A stretch of DNA of 64,000 nt, from assembly GCA_002269645.1 (NCBI GenBank), contig NIVC01002287.1, positions 1 to 64,000 of the forward strand. Direction: 5' to 3'. Source of the stretch: Macrostomum lignano. Its lineage: Eukaryota. A program made the position numbers and the translations under genes. The notes below the pieces were generated by a model, which ran no database searches, was not told the DNA's origin, and saw only the letters and a list, made by a program, of their open reading frames with translations. Shown in pieces: positions 36,284 through 49,803 of this stretch (position 1 is its first letter; every line of letters begins with the position of its first letter).

Positions 36284-38094
36284 CTGCGGAGGCAAACAGT
36301 TGGGAGAAGTGAGGTCTTTGAGTATTTGAATAAATGCTTGATATGTGGCCCCTCATCGGTACTGAATTTGGTTGAGGAGACTTTTTGGGGGAGGAAAAGC
36401 GATGAATTGCATTCGGCTAGCTGGTGACATTTTCAACTAGAATAGTTCTCTCAGGAATGACTCGAGCCTTCTCTGACAATTTTTAATACTCTCCGTTGTA
36501 ATCCATGGTTGCTTGATAATTTATACGGTGCTTAAGTCTGTCATGACAAGTGTTAAATAATTCAATACTTAAAGTATGGTCACCGATACGCGCGTAGTGC
36601 GAAATTTCTGTTCCGGCTGGCAGGAATGAAAAAATGTACTGAAAATTATTTGAGTTCAGGTTTGGAGACTCTATACGAGTGTCCGGTGCTCGACCTTTCA
36701 GTAGAATTGATGAAGAATTGAGAACTCTGACTCTGCCAGCGACTTTCACTTGGGATTCTGTCGGGATTATTTTGGACTTATTAAACTCGCCAAATCCCAG
36801 CTCCCCATCTCTCAATTAGCCGACAGATTATCCAGCTGCTGCCCTGGCCCTTTCCTGTCAGTGAAGCTGCCAATCTGTCCCTGCATCGGCAGCAGCTGCC
36901 AGCCATATTAATTTTTGCTTCCGCCCTCCTCAGATGCCAGGGGGAGAGCAGCAGACGGCACCGCCAACAGGCAGTCTAGAAGACAAACCCGCACTCCAGC
37001 GGTTGCAAACATCTTCCAGAAGATAAATAAAGCACGATAGGGATCGATTTTGCCGCTGTACACCCTGCCCATTGGGTTTCCGATTCCCGGACCCTGAGCC
37101 CGAAGCTTTCAGCGCTATTCTTGTCTGGAAAAATCAATGACAGACACAGAGGCAGCACCGCCAGCGTCATTGTCTGCTGATGTTGATTCTTCAATCAAGT
37201 TTCCGTCCCAGCCGGCTTTGAGAATCGGCTGCTGAAGGGTTCTCAAGATTGAGACATTGCAGTCTGAGTGTCTCATTGGTGAGGCATTCTTATATTTTCA
37301 TCTCCATTCTTAGTTCTTAATGGGGCACGTTATGATTGAGTATAAGTACGAATCGAATCCTGCAACAAAAATAAGATTTCGACAATGTATTCAGACTTTT
37401 GATGGCAAGCCAAGTTTGCAGAGGTCTCTGTGGCTGCTGCGTGTCTTCTGGCAGCCATTGAGCAGGCAATCAAGAATGCTCCTCCATGTGACTCCTCAGC
37501 AAGCACACCTAACGAAATGTACATACTCTGTGCCTTAGACTGTAAGTCGATTTAATATTTCTTGACCTACGTAACTATGACGACAAACAAATGAAACTGC
37601 GAAATTTACCCCATAGTCGTGTCCAATGCCGTGTCTCGGAATTGTGTCTCTGAAATGTTAATTGAATTAAAATGTCCAGCCACATTATCTGCAAATCTGT
37701 CTTCCATTTTAATTCGAATTGTACCTAGAAATTATATAAATCCTGCAGTGCTCAAAAACTCACGCTGATGATAGATGTTGCCGAGGAAGTCTTCAAAAAG
37801 TCGCCGACCAACGCAGGATCCTTAAAATGAGTCCTGTGCGCAAGTGACTGCGTATTTAGTGGTGAATTCCGAATCGGCTGGTTGGCTGTCGGCTCGTCTG
37901 TCCCCCGTTGGCTGCTGACCTGGTGGTGGAGGGGAGACGAGAAAAGATCAGAACTTAGGGCCAATCCCCAGGCTTCATCATCTCATTGATCAGTCTGGCT
38001 TACTGGATGCTGATAGTAGCTCGTAGCTTACCAGGACACGATAGTTCTGCTGCGAGAATATGAAAATCACCATGGCATTGCTGCCAAGGAGCAT

Positions 38095-38900
38095 CTTCCC
38101 ATTACTTCTTTGTGGCCTCTCCAAGGTGCTTCTAACCATTGCTGCCAAGGAGCATCTTCCCATTACTTCTTTGCGGCCTCTCCAATGTGCTTCTAACCAT
38201 TGCTACCAAGGAGCATCTTCCCATTACTTCTTTGTGGCCTCTCCAAGGTGCTTCTAACCATTGCTACCAAGGAGCATCTTTCCATTACTTCTTTGTGGCC
38301 TCTCCGAGGTGCTTCTAACCATTGCTACCAAGGATGGCATCTTCCCATTACTTCTTTGTGGCCTCTCCAAGGTGCTTCTAACCATTGCTACCAAGGAGCA
38401 TCTTCCCATTACTTCTTTGTGGCCTCTCCAAGGTGCTTCTAACCATTGCTGCCAAGGAGCATTTTTCCATTACTTCTTTGTGGCCTCTCCGAGGTGCTTC
38501 TAACCATTGCTACCAAGGAGCATCTTCCCATTACTTCTTTGTGGCCTCTCCAAGGTGCTTCTAACCATTGCTGCCAAGGAGCATCTTCCCATTACTTCTT
38601 TGCGGCCTCTCCAAGGTACTTCTAACCATTTCTACCAAGGAGCATCTTTCTATTACTTCTTTGTGGCCTCTCCAAGTTACTTCTAACCATTGCTACCAAG
38701 GAGCATCTTTCCATTACTTCTTTGTGGCCTCTCCAAGTTACTTCTAACCATTGCTACCAAGGAGCATCTTTCCATTACTTCTTTGTGGCCTCTCCAAGGT
38801 GCTTCTAACCATTGCTACCAAGGAGCATCTTTCCATTACTTCTTTGTGGCCTCTCCAAGGTGCTTCTAACCATTGCTACCAAGGAGCATCCTTCCATTAC
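38095..38900. repeat. Minisatellite, 61-bp unit
   Basis: CCATTGCTACCAAGGAGCATCTTCCCATTACTTCTTTGTGGCCTCTCCAAGGTGCTTCTAA tandem copies. Confidence 0.95.
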
Positions 38901-39736
38901 TTCTTACCAGCACCTCTCTTTGAACTGTTTTTTGGACCATGTCAGCTTCTCTTGACTGAGAGAAGCCACGGAAAGAGGGGAGGTAGAATCGAGAAAACCG
39001 TTCCAACGCGTCTTAAAAGAAAGAGTTTATCTGCTGTTTGTCAATGAATCGGAAAAAGGTGAGCTTGATACGATGAAGCCAAGGCCAGAGTAGCAGAAAT
39101 TCAACACTCAGAATTTCAAATGATGAAGACGCGCAGTCTGGCAACGGGGCGGAAAATGCGGCAGCTGGGAGGCAGCAGCAGCCGTCTTCTTGCACGGCTG
39201 GGCGATGGGCAAAGTGAGTGGCAGTTGGCGCCAGTGAATGCCTTGGAGCAAATATCGATTTTACGACTGTCGCGTTTCACCAGAATTCTGGGAAGGCTTG
39301 AGTCCTACTTGACAGCAAAATACTTCTTTCACGCCTTATTCACTCAGCTCTGAGCAGTTGAATTTGCATGCTAGCAAGGCCTAAGCGAGTTTTTTTTTCA
39401 GACAACAGCTTTGTTCGATGTTTTTGCTGTACCAAATTCGACTTGGCTGTGCTGACTGTGCATGCGGTTCACACGCTGCCGTTCAGGTGCGATCCGATTG
39501 GCTGTAGGGCTTACTAGCCACTAAAGCCACTCAAGTGCTAAATATCGACTTCTTTGTCCAAACAAGAATGGATAGTTGCAATCCACACGTGTACTAGTTC
39601 AAGATTGAGACATTTAAGACATGATTACTGCCATGTGCTTGTGAAACTTTTCAGCACTGGCACTACTATTAGTAGACTAGGCGAGTATTTTTCCGATTAG
39701 AGCTCGGGTGGTATAATTTTTTTGGGGTCGGGATCA

Positions 39737-40555
39737 GATGGGACGAGATGGGATGGGATGAGATAGGATGGGACGAGATGGGAGGAGATGGGATGGGATG
39801 GGAAGAGATTATGTTGGAGGATGGGATGGGACGAGATGGGAGGAGATGGGATGGGATGGGAAGAGATTATGTTGGAGGATGGGATGGGACGAGATGGGAT
39901 GAGATGGGATCATGGGACGAGATGGGATGGGAGGAGATGGGATGGGAGGAGATGGGATGGGAGGAGATAAGATGGGAGGAGATGGGACGAGATGGGGTGG
40001 GACGAGATGGGGTGGGACGAGATGGAGTGGGACGAGATGGGATGGGACGAGATGGGGTGGGACGAGATGGGGTGGGACGAGATGGGGTGGGACGAGATGG
40101 GGTGGGACGAGATGGGGTGGGACGAGATGGGGTGGGACGAGATGGGGTGGGACGAGATGGGGTGGGACGAGATGGGGTGGGACGAGATGGGGTGGGACGA
40201 GATGGGGTGGGACGAGATGGGGTGGGACGAGATGGGGTGGGACGAGATGGGGTGGGACGAGATGGGGTGGGACGAGATGGGGTGGGACGAGATGGGGTGG
40301 GACGAGATGGGGTGGGACGAGATGGGATGGAAAGGGATAGGATGGGACGAGTAGGAAGAAGATTTGATAGGATGGGACGAGTAGGAAGAAGATTTGATAG
40401 GATGGGACGAGCAGGAAGAAGATTTGATAGGATGGGACGAGTAGGAAGAAGATTTGATAGGATGGGACGAGATGGGGTGGGACGAGATTATGTTGGAGGG
40501 GATGGGATGGGATGAGATAGGATAGGAAGAGATGGGAGGAGATGGGATGGGACGG
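39737..40555. repeat. Purine-rich compound repeat with 15-bp core
   Basis: GGGACGAGATGGGGT core flanked by GGGAT-based variants. Confidence 0.9.
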
Positions 40556-42639
40556 GAATTCGCCATATTTACCATCAAAATATCTATAATTAGAGACTAC
40601 TACCATCTTTAGGATGTGGTATCAAATTTTTAAGACGTCAAGAACCCAGACTACGAAGCAATTTCGTATCCATGTAGCATTTTAGCAATTCTTATCTTAG
40701 AAAAATCTAAAACTCCGAACTCTAAAATGCCATATTTTTACTTCCTGTCATCCCGGACAACTTTAGAAGTTCGTAAACTACATGTACTCGTACCAGAAGT
40801 CAGTCGTCTTTGAAAAACTTCTTTCAGACTGCTGAAATTTTCCAAATTTCCTTTCGACGTGTCCTGAAAATCGGGATTTCAGTGCCCCAGATCCCGTCCG
40901 AGCATTGGTGCATTGGTGCAGGGCAACGCACCAATTCCCGCAGAATCCCACACCCGAAGGTTTATTGTCGTATGCTCTCTAAATACGCAGTTTAGCGGAG
41001 CCCTCCGTCCGACGTGTTGTATCAATTATCTGTGACGCAAAATCTTTCGCTCTGGCAAGCTGGCACGAACTCTGACAACATGCCAAGCGAACTGTTTCGA
41101 GTGTTTATGCTCAACCGTGGTGTTGTTGCCATATAGCTAAAATTTATTGCTTATGCGTGGACCAAAACATCAACAAAAAACAAGGCAAATTCCTGGATTG
41201 TTTTCCGTGTGCGATATCTATACCTATAGGTGAAAAAAAGCAGGACTGATATCGTTTTAAACTCAACTGGACTCTCCGGTCAGCACTCGGAATTCAGATA
41301 AGAATGCGCAAAATGAATTCAGTTTCTTATGACAAACGCAGAAGATTTCTATAATTATTCAGACTGCAGAGCGAAGAAGATGCAGAGCGAAGCCTTCTCT
41401 AGCTTTGGCTTGTAAAAAAGAACTTGAAAAACCACGAAAGTTCTCAAGATTCTTCTTACAAGTTGAGAATTAACGACGCAGTTGGACGAGCAAAATATTC
41501 CAAAGAGATTTCCATGCTCACAAGAGAATAGGACAGGCTCATTATTCATGTCTACCTGTGCTTGCCAGGCGCAAGGCTACCCAAGGCCTTGCCAGACCGA
41601 TTTGCAGCGCACTGCTAAGAATGCGCCTGTGTATGCTTTGTCCCTACCGCGACCCCCTGCCAGGCTTGCCATATTTGGCAGATTTCTTTTCACCATCTTT
41701 ATGTAGCCAATTGTTCTGCAGAACTCCCGCAGAATCATAGCTCTCACTGCCCGCTGTCTTGGCCCTACCATCTCTCAGCATGGAGTCCGACTGAGTGTCA
41801 GTGCAGCTGCCGATTGTCTCTAGTCTGAGTCGGACTCGGAGACAAATAAAACTGAGGCATAATTTAGTGCCAGGAAAAGAACAGACGGATTTGAACTGCA
41901 GCTCGCCCTTGTCGCTCTCAGTTGGCAGTGCGAAAAGTTTATTGCGCCTTCGCTTTTAGATTTATCGTTCAATTTCTCTGTCTAAAAATGCACTTCAGCA
42001 GCGTTATTATAAAGATAGTGAGCACAATTGAGGCCACGAAACCCCCTCCCGTGCTCAAGCTCATCGCCCGGTTTAAAACCATGAGAAAGTTTGGCAGAAT
42101 AAAGTGGATAGAAGGGTGGGTGGGGCTGCGGGGAGTTGACGGCGTTCGAAAACTCCAGCGGGTAAAGAAGAAAAGGTAGTTAGCAAATAATAAAGCGCCT
42201 GAGGGTTCTTTCTGTCCATTTACTGGAGTGACCCGGGGACAATCATTTCAAATTTTCATTGTGTGCGTCCCACCAGAAAGATTCGCATCACCTCAGCACA
42301 GTATTCATTAAGGGCTAGCTCTTATTATTAATGTTAAGATCACGCCGAACAGTCTTCCGGAAACTGCCGAACAACTTGCAAAGTATTCAGTTGGAGATTG
42401 TCACAGAGAGCAGATTTTCACTGGGATAGTGCTTAAGTGAGCAAAATGTACAACTGAATGTCAAGAGTTAGCAAAAATCTAGTAGACGCTGGGTTTGTTT
42501 ATTTAGCAGGCAGCCCATTAGCAGCCCATTTAGCACGTCTGATTACTCATACAGCACACCGCTTTTGTGAATTTAAAAAAAATGTGAAAATGTGAAAACC
42601 GTCCAGGTGATTGACGTCCCGCAACTTTTGCAGCTTTTA

Positions 42640-42890
42640 TACCTCACCAGTTGGTCATTCGACGTTCAAGAGGCTCTGTGGATCCACGTGGACTGCTCCT
42701 CATTCTGAGTTTGTGAGGGCAGCCTTATCGTAGAGCTAGATCGTGCCGTAGTTTCAGACGGTTGTTGTGAGGCTCAAAACTGATGTTGCGATGTTGGCCG
42801 GTCAAGTCTACCATGCCGAATGGCACTGCTCATGGCCGTTGCAGTAGGTCCACAGCCTCAGCGTAGCATCAGAACGAGGAATAAAGCAAG
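42640..42890 (-). pseudogene. Possible decayed WD40-repeat exon
   Basis: One frame reads SDATLRLWTYCNGHEQ...GTI*LYD with several stops and ends at a GTGAGG donor. Confidence 0.25.
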
Positions 42891-43319
42891 ATGGTGTTAC
42901 TAGTAGTCACAATTAGACTACCTTGAGCACTAGACAAGAATAAAGATGCAGATTTATTGATCGTAGAAAGCTAATAAACAGCGCACATTGCGATATGAAC
43001 TGAATGACTCTACGTAAAAGTAGCATGCAGCCTTGCGAGTACTCAAGTTGAGCAAGTGCATATTTTGAACATTCTTGGCACGACGTTTGGTTTAATTATT
43101 ATCAGAAAGGAAGCCACACGAGGCATGCCTGGCCAACTATGCACTAACCAGATTCCATGTATTCTAGGCGTTTTTGTACACTTGCATCCATCTATGGACG
43201 ACTCATTATTTGTCATTTTCTATTTACTGCCTCACAAACAGCTGCCCCTCCTTTGCGCCCGCCTATGCACTGGTGCTCAGGTCCCACCCCAGCTATTTTT
43301 GGCTCACTCGCCTCAGCCT

Positions 43320-43327
43320 TATAAATA
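43320..43327 (+). promoter_or_regulatory. Candidate TATA box of the SLC6 gene
   Basis: TATAAATA in a GC-rich context about 115 nt upstream of ATG 43441. Confidence 0.35.
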
Positions 43328-43440
43328 CGGCCGCCCACGGCTTTCCAGCTCCGCTCGGAGCTCTCCACTCAAGCGTCGGCCACCGCCTTTCTCTGAAGCT
43401 GAATTAACGATTTGAACAGGTCGAATTGGCTACAAAGCAA

Positions 43441-46400
43441 ATGGACAGCCACGACTCCCAGGTGGTGTCTCCAGAAGACATCAGCATGCAGCAGCGCGGC
43501 GGCCAGGAAGAAAGCGTTGAGGAGTCAATTAGCGACATCCGACAGAAGCTTAGCCGGATTGAGGCCAACCAGATGGAGGTAAGTAGCTTATCATTCAAGA
43601 GTAACAGTTGTCACGCCATCGCAATAGAGTCGCTAAGCTATCAAAACCACGGACTTTCAGCTCTCTAAAGCTCTGGCCAAGAAAAAAGGCTTCTCTCTGA
43701 CCTTCGAAGAAGAGGAGAACCCGGAGCGCGGCAACTGGTCGGGAAAATTCGACTTCTTTTTGAGCTGCCTGGGCTACGCTGTCGGTCTCGGCAACGTCTG
43801 GCGATTTCCCTACCTATGCTACAAGAACGGAGGAGGTGAGTGATCGTGGATGTGGATGGATTAACTTTTTGTGTACAAGGTCTTTATGCGGCGCCTAATT
43901 ATTTTTCTTCTACTTAGGTGCGTTCTTCATTCCGTATTGCATCTTTTTGTTCTTCTGCGGCATGCCCATCTTCTGCTTGGAGCTGTCGCTCGGCCAATTC
44001 TGCAGCTCCGGGCCGCTGTCCTGTTGGGAGTTCGCTCCGCTGTTCCGAGGTGAGTCGGCAATAATGAGCCGCTTATACTGCACGTAGAGTTACGGCAAGT
44101 GTAAACCAATTAAATATCTATTTTCTCTTTCAACTTTTAAACCCAGGCGTCGGTGTCGGCATGGTGATCGTATCCGGCCTGGTGGGAATTTATTACAATA
44201 TCATCATTGCCTGGTCCTTCTGGTACCTGTTCACCTCGTTCACCTCGAAGCTGCCCTGGAGCGAGTGCGGCTCGTGGAGCACCGAACGTAAGCATTTTGC
44301 GGTTATTATGATGTCTTGATTAGTATATTAATTGGCACTAAAATTAATTTTACCAACTTCACAGTCTGCCGCGAGCGTCTTACTCCGGTGAACTCAACGT
44401 GCAACAACGACTTGAACCTCCGAATCGACAATGGCACCGGCATCAACGGCACATGCTGGCTTGACACCAACGGAACTCGAACTCTGTACGGCATCTATGA
44501 CGCCGAGGCCGCCACTGCCGCTGGTTACAGCGCCAGGCCCGCCAGCAACGAGTACCTCAAGTGAGTTGATCGTGATTACTTGTGCCCAACGATCTGAGCT
44601 TCATAGCCAGCTAAAGCTATAGAAAGTGTGCACATACCCGTCGTATGGTCTTCCACGCATCCATTTTTTGGTCCACTTCGAAACTAGTGACTGCATGACT
44701 TTTCTCTCCCTTTTAGCTACGTTGGCCTGCAAGACCGGCTTGGCAGCATCGGCAACATGGGCCCGCTGCGCTGGGACATGAGCCTCTGCCTTCTGCTGGG
44801 CTGGATTGTCGTCTTCGCCTCGCTCTCCAAGGGTATCAAGAGCAGTGGAAAGGTTAGGTTACAATTAAAAATGTTAGCAGAAACATTTAATTGCATCAAA
44901 GGCTACAGTCGCAGCCGCCGAAAAAAGGTCGTTATATGCCAATGCATTACACGGAATAGGCGCTGGTTTTGCGCGCCAAAACTGCTGAAAGACTAATGCC
45001 GCGCATTCCTTTCGTGCACAGTAGGCGACAGTGGAATCTTCCACTCACAGCTCAGAGCTGGCATCGGAATTTTCCACCGACGTAGTTTGGCCGAGTCCGC
45101 TCGCGCAGAAGCTGTCACGTGAAGGTGCATAAATGGGTTGCGCTGCTTTTCTTTCCTTCTCTCCTATTTTTCTTACCTTTTTTATTTCACCTGCTTTGGC
45201 CAACTCTCTCTAGCGGCCGTCATCCCCGGCGCAGCTCAGCCTTCAAAAGCTTTGCATCGCTCGCACAAAATTCTTTCAAAAACAAGCGTACTTGCATCAG
45301 TCTGTCTGCAAGTCTGCATCGGCAACTAGTTCGTATGCTATGAAAATAAAAATGTTCTCTCTCTCTTGTTCAAAAAATGTACCGAGTAGCAGCAGTAGAG
45401 CGTGTCGCACAATGAACCCCCCCCACCTTGCCGATCCAACCTTTTCAATTTAATACACCCGTATAGGTTTGTCCGCGGAGCATAAATATTTTTCTCACCG
45501 GTGGGGGCGTACGGAAACGCTTCTTCGCTAAAAAACAGCGATATGCTTTTTGATTAACTGTGTCAGCTGTTACAAAACTAGGCTTAATTAGCTAAACCTG
45601 CTTCCATATTAATTCAAGCTAATTAATGTGTCTTAAATTGACCACTTTTCGCAGCATGACTAAGACTATTTCTTCAACAAGCTACTTACAGTAACAAGCG
45701 ATGGTACAACTTTTGATTAAGCGATCTTCACGTATTAAGCGTTTGGGAACTTACTTCCTTGTTGAAGAAATCGGTTGTAGAGAAATACTTTAACATGATA
45801 ATAATGCACCAAAGTAAATATTCTAAGATAGTCTGCTTCAGTATCCCGGATGTGTCATCACTCCCATAGGTGGTCTACTTCACGGCTATCTTCCCCTACG
45901 TGGTGCTGATCATCCTGCTGATTCGCGGCCTCACCCTGCCGGGCTACGAGAAGGGCATTGATTTCTACCTGAAGCCGGATCTGAGCCGCCTGCAGGACTC
46001 CACGGTGTGGAAGGACGCTGCTGTTCAGATCTTTTTCTCCCTGTCCGCCAGCTGGGGCGGCCTCATCACTCTGGCCAGCTACAACCGGTTCAAGACCGAT
46101 ACAGTCCGGGACGCTATGCTGGTGTCGATTTGCAACTGCGCCACCTCCGTGTTTGCCGGCTTTGTCGTGTTCAGCTTCCTTGGCTACCTAGCCACTCTGC
46201 TCAATACTGAAGTGACCAACGTGGTTGACAGCGGTGAGTTGTCCTACTCAGTTGAGAACCCGCACGAAGCTGATACGCACAATAAGCAGAAAATTTAAAC
46301 CTTAAATCTTATCTTGCTTTCAGGTGTGGCCCTGGCTTTCATCGTTTACCCCCAGGCTGTGACTAGCCTGCCCGTGTCGCCGCTGTGGGCTATTCTGTTC

Positions 46401-48262
46401 TTCGTGATGCTGATCACCCTCGGCCTGGACTCGCAGTTCACCCTGATCGAGACCGTTGTCACCGCAGTGCAGGACAAGTGGCCTCGCACCCGGCGCTACA
46501 AGACCCTGCTAATCCTGGGCATTTCAGTCGTATTCTTCTTCATCGGACTGAGCATGTGCACTCCTGGCGGACCGCAGCTGCTGACCATCTTTGACGACTA
46601 CAGCGGAGGCTGGAACATCATGGTGATCGCCATTCTCGAGTGCGTCTCCATCTGCTATGTATACGGCGTGAAGCGCTTTTGCGACGACATTGAGGCCATG
46701 ACTGGACCCATCGTGGCTGGCTGCATCCCCTGGTTCATTTTTAAGTGGTGGTGGATCATCTGCTGGTGCGCCTTTACACCCGGCCTCGTCGCCGTGAGTA
46801 TCTTTTGCACATGAAACTCTTTCGTTAATCAGAATCATAGGCGGAATACCTAGAGTTTCTTTTAATGTCTTTCAGTGTCTGCTAGTGTCTGCTAGTATCT
46901 TCTAGTGTCTTCTAGTGTCTTCTAGTGTCTTCTAGTGTCTGCTACTGTCTTCTAGTGTCTGCTACTGTCTGCTAGTGTCCGCTAGTGTCTTCTAGTGTCT
47001 GCTAGTGTCTGCTAGTGTCTGCTAGTATCTTCTAGTGTCTTCTAGTGTCTTCTAGTGCCTTCTAGTGTCTTCTAGTGTCTGCTAGTGTCTGCTAGTGTCT
47101 TCTAGTGTCTGCTACTGTCTGCTAGTGTCTTCTAGTGTCTGCTACTGTCTGCTACTGTCTTCTAGTGTCTGCTAGTCTCTGCTAGTGTCTTCTAGTGTCT
47201 TCTAGTACTCAAATATTCTAATATCGTTTTGTTTCTTCTTGTTTAGAGTGTCGTCGCTGTGATAAGTTAAAAGAATCTAGGTAGAAAATGCTAAAAGTTG
47301 GCAGAGCAGAGCTGATCAAACCAATCTAGTTGATTTTCTTCTAAAACTCCACATCAACAGGTGACGATGGTTTTCTCCTGGGTGAAGTTCAGCCCATCAT
47401 CGTACGGCGGCAACGTGCTGCCCGACTGGGCTCAGGTCATCGGCTGGCTGCTGACTTTCAGCGTGCTGGCCAGCATCGTTGTGGTATCGGGCATCGCCGT
47501 CTGGCAGTCCCGTGGCAACCTGCGCGCCCTGGTGCAGCCGACTCGCTACTGGGGCCCAGCGCTGGTCAAGTTCCGACAGGAGGTGGCCGATGCCGGCTAC
47601 GCGCCCGGCTTCGTGGTCGATCCCTGGACTGAGGACAATATCGAAGATCCGTCGAACCCGCATCACAAGTATGACGAGGACAAGGGCTACCAAGTGAGTT
47701 ATGGGGCCATTAGTAGTAAGAAAAGGACGAAACACTATAAAGATCATGAACTGTTATTGGGAAGGCCAATTCTGCTTAAAATTGATGCATCAGTGAGAGC
47801 AGATATGTATTGTCTATTGTCAACTTCCTTTGCATCGTTTTGAATTAGTAGGTATAATGTTGAGCCTGAGGTGCCTTTGCAATATTTACAAATGTGTTTG
47901 TGAGATAAAACTACACAATTAATATAGACAATATGCTCGTATTTTTTCTCGTCTAAAGACTGCTCGTAACAAAATCCTGTCAATATTTAATATTTATTTA
48001 AAATTAAAATATTTAGGCTTGCAATTATATATATTATGAATATATAATGAATATATAAAAGTAGAGGCTAGAAAGGGAACAGCACCGATCTAAATGATGA
48101 ATTCAGAAGAGGAATTTGTCCTTCAGATAAAATTTGTACATTTTAAATAGTTGTCTTCTTAATAGCAGTGCTGTTCAAAAGTTTAATCGGACGCTTAAAT
48201 ATTCGACAATCAACCCATTGCAGAATTCGCAGTTCGAGCATGACGAAGCCACAAAGATGTGA
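43441..48262 (+). CDS. SLC6 Na+/Cl- dependent amino-acid transporter, most like glycine transporter GlyT2
   Basis: Exons 43441-43578, 43661-43835, 43918-44049, 44147-44287, 44365-44560, 44717-44852, 45870-46233, 46324-46793, 47361-47693, and probable last exon 48224-48262 ([12 protein letters not shown]). Motifs [34 protein letters not shown]6 [22 protein letters not shown]8 LGLDSQF. Confidence 0.93.
46875..47205. repeat. Intronic 10-bp tandem repeat
   Basis: CTAGTGTCTG/CTAGTGTCTT units. Confidence 0.9.
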
Positions 48263-49803
48263 ACGAATAGCGATGAGCAGTTTTAACAAACTTGATTTAC
48301 TGTGAGGCTTCTGGGGGATACAGCAGTTTGGGTCTCGCGTGCGTTCTACGTTTTACAGTAGCTTTCTGCTGTGTAACTTCGTTTGATAAAGTTTTAATTT
48401 ATAGCTTATTTGTTATTTTACTTACAGCATAAAATTGTAGAAAATTTCATTTATCCTTCCTTTTGGCTCAATGTATTCTTTATTAGAGCACATTACCGTA
48501 GGTCATAGTCGTATGTAATTGCATTGAAAAGCAAATAATCAGTCCAAATTATTTTAATCGCTTGACACGACTAAAACACGCGATAAAGGAAAAATTTTGT
48601 TTTTTATTGCGAAATTTTTTTAATAGACGCGCTAACAGAAAGGCTATTTATAGTTTTAGTTTAGTGTATGACTTCCATTTCCTACAAATAAAAACACTAT
48701 CTTAAGTAATTTTTTTAAAACCTTTTTTGAATACTTTATTCATATGTTTAATAAGAACTAAGTTTTGCTTTCTCGTTGGTGTTTTATCGTTGGAAAACTA
48801 TTAATCATTTACCTCGCCACTGCGGTGAACCGCTTTTTTCATAAATTTTAAATCATGGTGAATAGTTTCTTGGAAAATTAATGTTAAATAGTTTATAAAC
48901 CATACATTTAATTACTCTATCGATAGCATTGGACGCGTCTTGATTCTTTGAACATAAATAAATAAATATTCGATGTCATCTAACAATTTTTACGGGATGC
49001 ATCTGCAGTAGCTATGACTTGTTTTCTGATTTCTCATTCTAGACTGGTCTGTTTCACATGGATTTCCCAGTGAAATAAATGTCATTAAGCTGATGGCTCA
49101 AAGAAAAATTTTATCTGTTTAGAAATAAATTATTTATTCAAATAAATAAATAAATTATTTCAAACAATTAAAGGAAATCTCTAATTCCAAAAAACAAAGA
49201 TTTTTTAATTTGTTTAGTTTTAATTATTTAACATATAAACTCAACATTGAATACGCTGACCAGTATGAATCTTCATGCTTATAATTAATTAATATAATTC
49301 ATACGGTTGACACTCTGAGAAACGAATCGAATTCGCGCAAAACTTACACGAAGAAACCAGTCTAAAACATTAATATAAAGCAGAACTAGCTACATGTACT
49401 TGACCAATTTAGATGGTAATAACGCCGAATTATTTGAAAAATCGGAAACATCTGCTCGAAGTTCTGTTAAAATCAGTTTCCTAATCAAGTTTAATTTTGA
49501 TTCCGTTTCGCTCCGGCGCAATCATCGTAATGCTGTTTATTGGTTAAGAAATCAAGCACATTATAAAAGCAATTTACTTAACTAATTAAAAAATTAATAT
49601 AGAAAAAAGCTAATTAATGCTTTACTGCTCAACATTCACTGCTCGAAGCTCGAAGCATGGAATTAGCTACCAGTTCAAAACATCTTTATGCCGGAGCCTG
49701 AAGATTAAAATTCTGTTCCCACCGGCTTGGTCAGCAGGGCTGGCCAATGGCCATAGACTAACGCTGCCACTTTAACACTCTGCTATGCATGTGTACATGT
49801 CAT

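Noticed and set aside
36483-36815. 110-aa ORF with VKVAGRV (OB-fold-like)
   Set aside because: No further family motif, AT-rich codons and no clear splice sites.
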